This document shows, in pieces, positions 1 through 11,993 of a stretch of DNA of 33,551 nucleotides. Source of the DNA: Chiloscyllium plagiosum (Eukaryota); the NCBI RefSeq assembly GCF_004010195.1, contig NW_025214129.1, positions 1-33,551 on the forward strand. Direction: 5' to 3'. Made by a program: the position numbers and the translations under genes. Within the stretch, counting starts at the first letter, position 1; each line of letters begins with the position of its first letter. Below the pieces are notes generated by a model. It saw only the letters and a list, made by a program, of their open reading frames with translations. It was not told the DNA's origin and searched no databases.

Positions 1-425
1 TTCGGGTCTGAACAGAACTGGAAGCTTCAGTGATTGTTTCCTGGCTGCTACTCGGCCTGAATTTTCTCTGGATTTTTCTCTCGTCGTTTAGAGAATTTTC
101 TGTGAGAATTCGTGTCTGAAATGTTCATTTATGCACGGGGGTGTTTGAATACTTTATTGCTACGTTAGAACTTTTAATTTAGTAATGGTTAATGTATCTA
201 ATATGTTGTTCAGATTTCCAATGAGGTTATTATACATTCCTTTTTAATTGCTTGTGGTTTACCCACAGTGTGTAAATAAATTGTTTTTATGTGAACACCA
301 AACTTAAAACCAATCAGATCGCATCTGCAACAGCCACTTCATATTCCCCTTTAAAATAAGAAGCCATTACGATGTAGGCGATCGCCTTAAATAATTATTG
401 AGGAGCTCTATTGTGATCCATAGCA
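1..425. mobile_element. Possible LTR-like repeat remnant (3' part)
   Basis: AATAAA near 275 followed by an AT-rich tract ending ...GATCCATAGCA (CA terminus) at ~425; resembles a dispersed shark LTR-type repeat from memory. No PBS, PPT or partner LTR is visible. Confidence 0.3.
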
Positions 426-439
426 CGAGACACTTTTTC

Positions 440-570
440 TTCCTGTATAATAGGCTGGAGGGACTGAATGCGCTACCACTGTTCTTGTCCAATCCTTTCA
501 AAAGACTGAATGACTTCCTCATATTCCTGTGATGCAACGTGAGGAATTGAATGAAATCATCAATATTAAC
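440..570 (+). repeat. Degenerate ~40-bp tandem array derived from a CR1 3'-UTR motif (GGCTGAATGGCCTCCTCCTGTTCC-like)
   Basis: GACTGAATG recurs at ~461 and ~504, and ATTGAATG at ~547, i.e. ~43-bp spacing. A related unit lies at ~1580-1650. Confidence 0.4.
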
Positions 571-719
571 TGAAGAAATGTGCAGTTTCGCAGTACTGTT
601 ATATGATCATTAAATGCACTTTAATAGAACAAGCATGAATATTGTCCAGATCTAACTGCACATGGACACATACTGCTTCAGGAGCAAAAGGGTGACCCAT
701 TTTCTGAACATCGTGTAAT

Positions 720-1000
720 CCTCAATGACATCCCCACTTTGAATATATGATTGGAAAAGATATTGATTAAGCAGTTGAAGAAAGTTTTGCTGAGTAAACT
801 ACTCTCAGCATTGCCACAGAGATGTCCAGGTATTTAGATGTTGGATATCCACAAGAAACAGAATTTGTCCTTTGTGCTGTGATTGACTGCACTCATTTAA
901 GAGTTTAAACGGATTCCCACCCATTCTAATTTTGATTTGCTCATTGATGACTTCCTCAGTCAAACATTGCCTTGACATCAGAGAGAGTTACTGTGAACTA
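720..1000 (-). mobile_element. Highly decayed LINE (CR1-clade) reverse transcriptase fragment
   Basis: Reverse complement resembles the plus-strand LINE piece at 28870-29340 (ALDIKAAFD to SGVPQGS region). Confidence 0.5.
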
Positions 1001-1899
1001 TCGTTCATCTCTTCCGAGCATATCAATCGATCACGGTGGAGGAGCAGGGAGTGTTTATTTCCTTCAAACACAGCGTAGTGTATGTCAGGGCACCGCTTTT
1101 CCAGGGTTTAGGGCATCTAGAATACTGAAACTATATAAGGAGGGCATACGTCGACTTTGATCAAGCAAAGAGTTGAGAACACTGAAGATTTTGACATTTA
1201 GGAGGATTTGAGACGTACAGCAGATCAGCCATGATTTTTGTGGAGGACAAGACAGATTTGGGGGTCGGGTTTGGATGGAACGACCTGTTTCTGATGTTAC
1301 CCTATTCTGTTATTCGAATTTCAGTGGCTGTTAGTTTCCTGTATCTCTGGTATTGAATGGTGCTGTCATGGAAAACAGATGATTTCGTCTACCATCTCTT
1401 GGTAAGGTGATGGGACTGTATTCACAGTGACTCCTGATCTCCAGTTTGACCAACAAATGCAGCTAAACTTGCATAGAGGAGAAGCCCTGTAACCAGAGAG
1501 GTGAGAGCCCTTTTTCATACCAACTGCGGCTTTCCCATTACTTTCTCCAAATCCCCCGAACCGAGTGTGACAGTGTTCATGGACTGAATGATCTCCTCTG
1601 TTTTTGTACGCTAGATTATCGGATTAAGTGGCCTAAAACTACTCCTATCCAGCGGTTTGGAGGTGTTGAAAGGAACATTGGTACATGGGAAAGACGGGCA
1701 GGTGTGAGTCATTAGATACTTTGAACATTCTTCACAAGGCACGAAGATTGTGTCTGATCAGGCTGTGGACTCAGCCACAATTTCTTGTCTGTAACCCATA
1801 ATCGATAAATTATTTCTCTGTCAAATATTAAATTAACTCAACCTTCAATATACATAAACAGAGAGGCACCTTGTAAACGTTCTTTTTATCCCTCTTCTA

Positions 1900-2480
1900 G
1901 AGTCTGAGAGACACGCAGCACAGAAACAAACCCATTATGCCAGCTTGTCCATGCCCAGATCACACAATATAATCTCGGCCCAGTTTTCAGCAGTGGGTAC
2001 ATATCTCCCTAAATATATCCCATTCATTTACTCATCCAGACGTGCTTTTTAAAAAAGTCGTCATTGTACCAGCTTCCAACACTTCCTTCGACATATCGGT
2101 CCATGCATACACCTGTTCTGAGTGAAACGGTTACTGTCAGGAATCCAAAAAATAAAGCCCCCGTCAACATAAACCTTTGCCCTATATTTGTCGACTCTCC
2201 TATCCCGGCAGAAAAGACCGGGACTATTTATAATATCCGTGCCACTTACGATTTTGTAAACATCTGTGAGGTCATCGCTCAGCTTCCGATGCTCCAATGT
2301 AATAAAGCCCCGATCTTTCTAACCTCTCCCTCGATTTCAAACGCTCCAGTCCGCCAACCTCCGCGGAAATCGTTTCTGCATCATCTCAAGGTTAACAATA
2401 TATATCCAGCAGATTGAAGCAAATTAAACACAGTATTTTAAATGTGACAATATCAACATGTTGTACACCCGCAACGTGAC
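1900..2480 (-). mobile_element. Decayed CR1 LINE 3' end
   Basis: Minus ORF 2061-2297 (RKLSDDLTDVYKIVSGTDII) matches the CR1 ORF2 C-terminal RRLRGDLIEVYKIMxGxD motif also seen in younger copies in this window. Confidence 0.7.
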
Positions 2481-2696
2481 ATCTCTTATGACACTGAAGG
2501 TGTCTGCTGTACCTTTAAGAGAGAATGAATGTTGTTTGCACTGAGAGCTTACAAGGACCTATCGTATTACAAACCACTGGACTGAACGTGTACTCGAAGA
2601 TTGAAAATATGCATCATTAGCTACAAAACAGGTAACTGGGCTGATTGGTATTTTGACATTAATTCGAATTTAACCCATCAGTATAAGTTAGGTCAC

Positions 2697-3190
2697 GGGA
2701 AAGAAGGAACTGTCCATGCAGGAGATCAGAGTCAAGAGTGGGGTGCAAGAAAATCATAGTAGGTAAAGCCGCATCCGAGTAGAAAGTGAATCGACGCTTT
2801 GAGCATAACCCCTGCATCATGAATGAGGTTTGTAGGCAGTGCGGCTGAGCGAGGGTTGGGGATGTGGGGAAGGTAGCTGTGAAAAAAATAAGTAAATGAA
2901 GGAGGGGGAGAAGGTGATAAGTCACAGAGGAATGTGGAGCAGAAGAATTGGAAGTACTGTGGACATACCAAAAGGGCTGTGTCGAGTTAATACTTGGGAC
3001 TAGGATAAAGTGGGTGGAGGCGAAATGAGGTTACTGGTGAAATCCACATGAATCCTGTGTGTTTCCAGGTTCTCAAGGCGGAAGATGATGCGCTCTTCCT
3101 CCAGGCGTCGCGTGGTTAGAGTTTGGTGATGGAAGAGGTCCAGGACCTGCATGTCCTTGGTGGAGTGGGATTAGAAGTTAAAGCATTCAG
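2697..3190 (-). mobile_element. Penelope-like element 3' end: GIY-YIG endonuclease C-terminus plus terminal repeat (pLTR)
   Basis: Minus-strand translation from ~3188: ECFNF*SHSTKDMQVLDLFHHQTLTTRRLEEERIIFRLENLETHRIHVDFTSNLIS, resembling the PLE GIY-YIG C-terminal E..LI.RLGTL.P.G.N motif. It is followed by the same terminal sequence as the elements at 5739, 19662 and 32507. Confidence 0.75.
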
Positions 3191-3330
3191 GCGATTGTAA
3201 ACACCATCTTATTTCACCGATGTACTTTAATAAATTGAATCTCTCGTGCTTTCCTGGTCTGGCTGATAAGTGACTCCAGACATGCAGACATGTGACAAAC
3301 TCTTCAATGGTGTCTGAAACGGTCAGAGAT
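3191..3330 (+). mobile_element. SINE body fragment (same family as 24236-24570)
   Basis: CCTGGTCTGGC...GTGACTCCAGAC core shared with 17670-17950 and, in reverse complement, with 24330-24362. Confidence 0.65.
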
Positions 3331-3939
3331 GACACTCAACTTTATCAAAGATTTTCGAGATCTTAAATAATGTAACTGGACAGAATACCTGACATGAGCC
3401 TCAGTATCGGAAAAGGAAATGGGAAGCACAGACCGGTTTACCCGACAGAGACGTCCTACCTAAAAACTGAGAGCTTGTGCCTGCACTTACAGGGGTTTCA
3501 CACCGAGTGCACAGAAACATCGTGAAAGGAGTCGTCCAATCAATACATTGAGACAATAATAATGGTCGGATATCTCCACAATGCAATTTTTCCACAGTGT
3601 GTACATATCCCTTGATGTGAGTGAACATTGGAAACTGTAAAACAGTAACTGCGGTAATCCCTTCGGTCCATCGATTTTTCTCCGCAATTTTAAGTAATGA
3701 CAGCTGATTCTTTGTCTCCTCATCATACCCCTGTTCTCTCCTCATCCGTTTCGTGATAGAAATCCTTATTCATATTCAGTGCCTTGCATTCCACAGCTGA
3801 TGTGGTAGAAAATTCCCAGTTTCACCAGTCGCTGAGAGCAGACAATAATCCCTATGTTAATGCAGAGTGGGCTGCTTGTAACCCATGTTGTAGACGCTTG
3901 TTTTATATGTCCCAGCGAGATGAAATGTCGACCTTTTTT

Positions 3940-4310
3940 CCAATCTGTCTTAGACTTCCAGTATTTTATACATTGCACTTAGATATTAATTTATTTTCCT
4001 AAACCACTTAGAATAAAGACCAATTCGACAGAAATTCTGCACACACAACAAGCCTATCATCGCAGAGATCAGTCTGGTCACTCTTCACTTCAATTCCACA
4101 ATGTCAGATTTGTTCTTTATGACTAACGAGACCAAAACTGCACACAAAACTGCATGATGTACGAGATTCTGTACCTTCAAGGACATGTACAGATGCAGTA
4201 AGACATCCTTACTGCTGAACTCAAATCGCCATGAAATGAAGATCAACATACCATTTATCTTTCTCATTGGTGCCGTTTCCTGCAATGTTGCTTTCAGTTA
4301 CTGATGTATG
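3940..4310 (-). mobile_element. Decayed CR1 LINE RT C-terminal fragment
   Basis: Minus ORF 4085-4285 FEFSSKDVLLHLYMSLKVQNLVH matches CR1 IEFKSREVMLQLYRTLVRPHLEY. Confidence 0.65.
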
Positions 4311-4539
4311 TGGTGATCCGGATCATTTTTAATATTACAGGTACCCATTGGTGAGGTCTATCTACAATGTCATTGTCAACGTTGATGTCTGGTTTCAGGA
4401 CTCACTTACCTCCATGTACCACGGAGGTCTGCACGGAAGGAAACAAACCTACATTCCCTTAATTCATGTGCACACCCAAGTGATGGTTAAATGTCCCTAA
4501 TTTATCTGATTCTGCATTACGCACACCAACCATGCTCTG

Positions 4540-7500
4540 GTAAAGGATCAACATCTCCATCTCCGCTATACCTTCCTCCTATCACCGAAAAAGATGCGTC
4601 ACTTGTGACAGCCAAATTCCCAGAGGAAAGCGTTTCTTAATATTCACTCGATATAGCACTCTCATCATCTTTTACACTTCTATCAACTCACCTCTCATCC
4701 ATCCTCGTTCCATTGAGAAATGCCTTAGCTGCCTCAAACTTTCTTCATGCAACATGCCCTTCAGTTGAAGGAGCATTTTAGCAATTCACCTCTGAAGCCT
4801 CCCCATCCTTCCTCGCAACCAGAACTGAATCGAATATTCCAAATGTCATCTGACTAGGGCTTTAATGAGCTGAAGCAGCACCTCGCGGCTTTTCAAGTGG
4901 GAATCCCTGTTCATGAAAGCCAACACGTCATACAACCTCTTTACATCCGTATAAACATGGGTCACAACATTGCGGGATCTATTGATGCTTCTGTTCCGAT
5001 ACATTGCCAAGAATCCTTTCTTTACCCCTTTTTTGAAATCAGGTTCGACTATATAAAATGAATCTCTTCACTCCTTTCCATGTTGAATTCCACCTATTAC
5101 ATCGCAGCCCACTTCTAAATCCTGCAGTACCCTTTTGCAAACTGCAATAGCCCTACACCTTATGCACCACGACTCTGCATTATTTTATTGTAAAGCTTAT
5201 GAACCTACGCTTCCATTTCCTCATGCATGTCATTTAAATATTAATCACAAAGAACAAAGGTCCCAGAGCAGAGAACGATGGAAAACCACTATTCAAAGTG
5301 CTGAAGGTTCAGTATATTCCATCGACTATAACCCATCTCTCGGCATACAACTTTCCCTGTCCCTCATGCCTCTTTAGTTTGTGAATGAGCGGACTGTGGG
5401 GAACCTTATCAAACGCCCCACTAAAGCTCTTGTGCACCACATCCATTGTTGCACGTTCATTAACATGGTTGCCACATTTTCAGACAATTCAATAAGTCTT
5501 ATGAGGAGTTACCTGAATCTCACAAAGCCATGCTGACCATCTCTAATCGTTTTCCAAGTATTTGTAAATCCTGTCTATCAGAATGCTTTCCAATAACGTG
5601 CCTGGAACAGACAGAAGACTGAATAGTCTGTAATTCCCAGAGTTAAGCATATTTGCCAATATGCAATACCCCAATAGAAACATTTGCTACAGTCCAACCA
5701 TCTCGGTCTTCTCCAATGGACAATTATGATGCAAAGATTAGAGTCGAGAAAGTGGTGCTGGAAAAATACAACAGGTTGCGCAGCATCCAAGGAGGAGCAT
5801 AGTTGACTTTTCAGGCATGAGATCTTCACCACGCAGAAGGCCTCATTCATGATGAAGTGCTCATGCGCGAAACGTCGATTCTTATGCTACCTGGATGCTG
5901 CCTGACCTGCTGTGCTTTTGCAGCATACACTCACGATTCTGATCTCCAGCATCTGCAGTTCTCACTTTCTCCAGGATGCAATGATCAGCCAAATGCACAG
6001 CAACTTATTTCCTTGCTTCCCGTAGTAAGTTTGAGTATATCCGGTGTGACACATCGAGACACATCTACTCTAATCGTTTTTTTTTTCAAAGTTTGCAGCG
6101 CATCTTCCATCTTAACATCAAGCTGATCGAGCGTATCAGTCTTTTTCCTGCTGTACTCAGCAATGACAATATTCCTCTCAGTAGGGAATACTGAAGTAAA
6201 CAATTTATTCAGGAACCTCCCCAGATTCTTGCCACAAGTTCCCTTCGCTATCCCTGAACGGCCCGACACTCACTTTATCCATCCTTTTGTTCCTTACATA
6301 AATGTAGAAGAATTCTCCCTAACCCGAGCCAATCAAACTTTTTCATGCCGCTTTCTAGCTCTCCTATGTCCATTTTCAGTATCTTCCTGGATACCTTGTC
6401 ACCCTGGACAGCCCCGCCTATTTTTTTCTCTTCTCAAACTTCAGTAAACTTCCTTGTTCCTCTTGACGAGATGTCCCACATCTCTTGTCAAACAAGGTTC
6501 CTTCAAACTGCCATCCCTTCTTTGCCTCAGTGGGACATTCCTCTACATTTCTGCCATGCATTTTCCTGATACATTTGTTCTCAATTTAGGCGCCCCGTGC
6601 CTGCTCAATAGCATTGCAATACCCCTACCACAATTGAATACTTTCGCATACATTCTGCTCCAATCACTATCACCGAAATTTTCTCTCACTGAGGTGTCTG
6701 AAATCTGTCCTGTCTCGTCGCCAAGCATCAAATCCAGTATTGATTCCACTCTTGTCGTCTGATCTACATACTGAATCAGGTTTCCTTCCTTGACAAACCT
6801 GACAAAAACTGCTCCAAACAACGCAATTAAACTACGGAGGCTCCAATCAATATTAGGCCAGTTGAATTCACCCATGCCAACAGCCCTATTACTTCTGCAC
6901 ATTTCCAAAATCTGTCTCCCAAGCTGTTCCTCCATGTTTCTGTTGCTATTTTGAGGTCTACAGAAAACTCCAAAAACCAGACGGCTTCTTTCCTTTTTTC
7001 TGAATTCACCCATACTGAGTCTGTAGAGAAATTCTCATTGGCAACCTCCCTTTCTGCAACTGTAGTACTATCCCTGGTTAGGAATGTCACTCCGCCAACT
7101 TCTTTATCTCCCAGTTTTTCCTGTTGAAACATCTAAACCCTGGAGCATCCAACAGCCATTCCTGCCTGTATAATATGCCAGTCGTAATGGCTGCAACATA
7201 ACAGTTCCAATTACAGTTCCATGCTAAAGTTCATCACCCTTATTCCTGACACTTCTGACGTTAAATTCTCTGTATGCTGTATTTGGCTGTTCACTTGCTA
7301 CTCCATCCTCAGATCCATATCTTTGATTCTCTCCCCTCCGCCAAACTGATTTCAACCCTCCCAAAGAGGTCTAGCAAACCACCTGCCCAGGATATTGATG
7401 CCTCTCCAGTTCAGGTGCAAACTTTCCTTCTTGTACAGGTACCCCCTTCCCCAGACATATCCCAATGATCCACACGCCTGAAGTCCTCCCTCTTGCGCCA

Positions 7501-7715
7501 TCCCTCGTAGTCACGTCTTCATTTTCACTCGCACTCTATTCCTAACATCAGTAGCCCGTGAAACTAGAGGCAATCTTGAGATTACTAGACGAACTGTCCT
7601 GCCTTTTAACTTTCAATCTAACTCCTAAGAATCACTTTTGAGGTCTACATTGCCTTTTCCACCTGTGCTATTGATGTGTGCCAAGATTTCTGGCTGATCT
7701 ATTTCTCCCTTTAAA
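4540..7715 (-). mobile_element. Long decayed CR1 LINE (ORF1 esterase end, APE endonuclease, RT, 3' end), interrupted by a PLE hairpin at 5739-5974
   Basis: ORF 6543-7013 has APE motifs (GVFCRPQNS, MGEFNWPNIDW, TRVESILDLML, FGDSD). ORF 6827-7132 has GGV...DSVWV. 5300-5700 is homologous to the RT of the 9368-13010 element, and 7330-7700 to its ORF1 end. Many stops and frameshifts. Confidence 0.85.
5739..5974. mobile_element. Short Penelope-derived inverted (hairpin) terminal-repeat insertion
   Basis: Left arm ~5739-5830 and right arm ~5845-5972 are reverse complements. TSD GATGCAAAGAT (5728-5738) / GATGCAATGAT (5975-5985). Confidence 0.8.
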
Positions 7716-7829
7716 ACGGAGAACAATCATCTTCAGAGGTGAATAAAAAAGTATTGAACAAACTTCTGGGATTGATGACAAATTGTTAAATCCTTCATTA
7801 AGGAATTCATCACTCCTTAATATTCGCAA

Positions 7830-8920
7830 AGTCAGACCACACTCCATGGGGGTCAGCTTGGTTTTATGAAGGAGAAATCATGGTTGATTTATTTGCTTGA
7901 CTTCTTTAAATATGTGACAATTGAGGTGGATAATGGGGATTATGGTGATTTATCAATGGTAGATCTACGAAGTGCGTTTAATAAGGTGCTGCATAAATGT
8001 ATAATCAATGGAATAAGAGCCTTTGCGGTTACAAATAACTCATATGCTTGGACCGAGGTTTGGCGAACCAACAAAATGCATTGATATTGAATAGGGATGT
8101 CTAGTTTCCTGGATGGCAGTTTTATGGTCATAGAGTTCAGGCCATTTCTATTTTAATCTACTTCATTACGTAGGAGGGGACAGAAGATACGACAGACAAA
8201 TGTTCACATCAAACTAATTCAAGTGCAAAGGAAGGTTGCACTGATGATTTGACAATTTTTAAAAAATGGATATTGATTGGTGACGTGATTTCAGCAACAT
8301 TTGGCAGTGAAATCTAACGTGAATAAATATGTAGTTATCCATTCTTTTCAGCCGAATATAAAGGCAACCTATTACCTGAATGGTGCGACAATTCAGAATG
8401 CTTAAGTTCAGAGGAATTTGGGTGTTCTCGTGCTTCTCAGAAAAAATCAGCATGCAGGTACAGCAGATGAGACAGTCAATTGAATTTGCAGCGCTTATTT
8501 ACAAAAGAATAGAGGAGAAAGGGAAGACAGTGTTGCTGCAAATACGAAAGGCATTCGTGAGATCGGAAAAGGAGTACTATGAACGTTCTTTGAGGTGAGA
8601 TGCCGTTGCATTCGAAGCAATTCAGAAATGATTCACTCGATTGATTCCAGAGATGAGCTTTTTCGTACAATGAGAGATTGAGGAATTCAGGCATTACTCT
8701 CTACAGTTTAGAAAAACGAAAGGCGATGTCGATGAACTGTGAAAGATGCTAAAGGGAATTGACAATGTAGTTGTGGTTATAGAAATTTACTCATGTGGTT
8801 CCAATCAAAACAAGAGATCACAATTTAGGGATAGGCGGAGCAGAGGTGAGGAGAACTTCCTACACTGAAAGGGTTGTGACTCTGTGTAAGTCACTGTCCC
8901 AGAATGCAGTGGATCTGGGA
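7830..8920 (+). mobile_element. Old decayed CR1 LINE, RT to C-terminus
   Basis: ORF 7866 (KSWLIYLLDFFKYVTIEVDNG...VDLRSAFNKVLH) matches CR1 [33 protein letters not shown] 8380 has IEEKGKTVLLQIRKAFVR. Confidence 0.8.
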
Positions 8921-9151
8921 GATGGAGGAAATGAAGCGTTATTGAGAGTAAAGTGGAACCGTGGCGAAGATGACATCATCCATAGTTGTATTAAATTGCA
9001 AAGGATGTTCGAGGAGCTGAATTACCGACGGATCTCGCCGTTATTATTCAGCTTTTCGAATGTGATGTACAGGAATGTCTCAAAGGAGTTAACCAGTAAA
9101 GAAATTGGAAGGCCACGGCCTCGGGATATGAGCACCTAACTGCTAAATCAG

Positions 9152-9359
9152 CGGGCAGTGAATGGTTGACTGGTGTTATCACGAGACTGTTAATGCCAGC
9201 ACGCAAATAACGCTCGACGGATCCGGGTCCGAATCCATCTGTGGCAAATAATGTAATATGAATTCAGCAAAATCAAAAGAGAATTGTCTAATAATGACCG
9301 TGAATCCATTGTTGGAAAACCCCATCTAGCTCACTGATGTTCTTTAGGGAGGAAGGTTC
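9152..9359 (+). mobile_element. tRNA-derived SINE, 5' half (split by CR1 insertion; continues at 13019-13130)
   Basis: B-box-like GGTCCGAATCC at ~9226; colinear with the reverse complement of the 24236-24570 SINE up to ...TTTAGGGAGGAAG. Confidence 0.75.
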
Positions 9360-9438
9360 CATGTTTAGAACATCGAACATAGAACAATACAGCACAGAAC
9401 AGGACCTTCGGCCCATGATGTTGTGCCGAACATTTGTC

Positions 9439-11137
9439 CTAGCTTAAGCACCTATCCATATACCTATCCAATTGCCGCTTAAAGGTCACCAATGATTCTG
9501 ACTCTGCCACTCCCACAGGCAGCGCATTCCATGACCCCACCACTCTCTGGGTAAAGAACCTAACCCTGAAAGAAATTACCTCTATCAAGTAACCCCTCAT
9601 CCTTCGCCTTTCTAATGAGAAAAGGCCTAGCACTCTCAATCTAAGCTCATACGACCTATTCCCCATTCCAGGCAACATCCTTGTAAATCTCCTCTACACT
9701 CTCTCCAAAGGTTCCACATCTTTCCTAAAGTGAGGCGACCAGAACTGCACACATTACTCCAAATGTGGCCTTACCAAGGTCCTGTACAGCTGCAACATCA
9801 CTTCACGACTCTTGAAGTCAATCCCTCTGCTCATGAACGCTGATACACCATAGGCCTTCTTACAAGCTCTATCCACCTTAGGGACACTTTCAAAGATCTA
9901 TGAACATAGACCCCAAAATCTCTCTGCTCCTCCACCTTACTAAAAACCCTACCGTTTACCCTGTATTCCGCATTCATATTTGTCCTGCCAAAATGGACAA
10001 CCTCACACTTGACAGGGTTGAACTCCATCTGCCACTCCTCAGCCCAGCTCTGCGTCATATCTAAGTCTCTTTGCAGCCGACAACACACTCCTCACTATCC
10101 ACAACTCCACCAATCTTCGTATTATCTGCATATTTACTGACCCACCCTTCGACTCCCTCTTCCAAGTCATCAATAAAAATTACAAACAGCAGTGGACCCA
10201 GAACTGATCCCTGCGGAACTCCACTTGTAACTGGGCTCCAGACTGAATATTTACCATCTACCACCACTATCTGACTTGGAACAGTTAGCCAGTTTTCTAT
10301 CCAACTGGCCAAATTTCCCACTATTCCATGCCTGCTCACTTTCCGCATGAGCCTACCATGGGGAACCTTATCAAATGCCTTACTAAAATCCATGTACACT
10401 GCATCCACTGCTCTACCCTCATCCACATGCTTAGTCTCCTCCTCAAAGAATTCAATAAGACTTGTAAGGCAAGACCTACCCCTCCCAAATCCGTGCTGGC
10501 TGTCCCTCATCAAGCAGCGTCTTTCCAGATACTCATAAATCCTATCCCTTAGTACCCTTTCCATTCCATTACTTTGCCTACCACCGAAGTAAGACGAACT
10601 GGCCTGTAATTCCCGGGGTTATCCCTATTCCGTTTTTTGAATGGGGCATAACATTCGCCACTCACCAGTCCTCTGGTACCACCCCTGTTGACAGTGAAGA
10701 CGAAAAGATCATTGCCAACGGTTCTGCAATTTCCTCTCTTGCTTCCCACACATTCATAGGATATATCCCGTCAGGCCCGGGGGAATTGTCTATCCTCAAG
10801 TTTTTCAAAATGCCCAACACATCTTCCTTCCTAACAAGTATCTCTTCGAGCTCACCAGTCCATTTCACACTCTCCTCTTCAACAATACGGTCTCTCTCAT
10901 TTGTACATACTGAAGAAAAGTACTCATTCAAGACCTTTCCTATCTCTTCCGACTCAATACAGTCTCCCACTACTGTCCTTGATCGGACCTACTCTCGTTC
11001 TCGTCATTCTCAAGTTTCTCACATACGCATAAAATGCCTTGGGGTTATCCTTGATCCTACCCGCCAAAGATATTTCATGCCCTCTCTTGGCTCTCCTAAT
11101 CCCTTTCTTCAGCTCCCTTCTGGCTATCCTGTATCCT
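9439..11137 (-). pseudogene. CR1 ORF2 reverse transcriptase region, frameshifted
   Basis: Consecutive ORFs carry [65 protein letters not shown], and KYADNTK (catalytic YADD changed to YADN), then WQMEFNPVKC and LGLFSLERRRMRG. Confidence 0.92.
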
Positions 11138-11993
11138 NNNNNNNNNNNNNNNNNNNNNNNNNNNNNNNNNNNNNNNNNNNNNNNNNNNNNNNNNNNNNNN
11201 NNNNNNNNNNNNNNNNNNNNNNNNNNNNNNNNNNNNNNNNNNNNNNNNNNNNNNNNNNNNNNNNNNNNNNNNNNNNNNNNNNNNNNNNNNNNNNNNNNNN
11301 NNNNNNNNNNNNNNNNNNNNNNNNNNNNNNNNNNNNNNNNNNNNNNNNNNNNNNNNNNNNNNNNNNNNNNNNNNNNNNNNNNNNNNNNNNNNNNNNNNNN
11401 NNNNNNNNNNNNNNNNNNNNNNNNNNNNNNNNNNNNNNNNNNNNNNNNNNNNNNNNNNNNNNNNNNNNNNNNNNNNNNNNNNNNNNNNNNNNNNNNNNNN
11501 NNNNNNNNNNNNNNNNNNNNNNNNNNNNNNNNNNNNNNNNNNNNNNNNNNNNNNNNNNNNNNNNNNNNNNNNNNNNNNNNNNNNNNNNNNNNNNNNNNNN
11601 NNNNNNNNNNNNNNNNNNNNNNNNNNNNNNNNNNNNNNNNNNNNNNNNNNNNNNNNNNNNNNNNNNNNNNNNNNNNNNNNNNNNNNNNNNNNNNNNNNNN
11701 NNNNNNNNNNNNNNNNNNNNNNNNNNNNNNNNNNNNNNNNNNNNNNNNNNNNNNNNNNNNNNNNNNNNNNNNNNNNNNNNNNNNNNNNNNNNNNNNNNNN
11801 NNNNNNNNNNNNNNNNNNNNNNNNNNNNNNNNNNNNNNNNNNNNNNNNNNNNNNNNNNNNNNNNNNNNNNNNNNNNNNNNNNNNNNNNNNNNNNNNNNNN
11901 NNNNNNNNNNNNNNNNNNNNNNNNNNNNNNNNNNNNNNNNNNNNNNNNNNNNNNNNNNNNNNNNNNNNNNNNNNNNNNNNNNNNNNNNNNNNN
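11138..11993. other. Assembly gap (856 N)
   Basis: Run of N inside the CR1 element, between ORF1 and ORF2 remnants. Confidence 1.

Noticed and set aside
2486..2690. Possible 5' part of an LTR
   Set aside because: Only a vague resemblance; no clear TG terminus, PBS or partner LTR.
11138..11993. Gap as the hiding place of GPCR exon 2
   Set aside because: Both flanks are colinear parts of one CR1 bounded by a TSD, so the gap most likely holds the CR1 endonuclease region.
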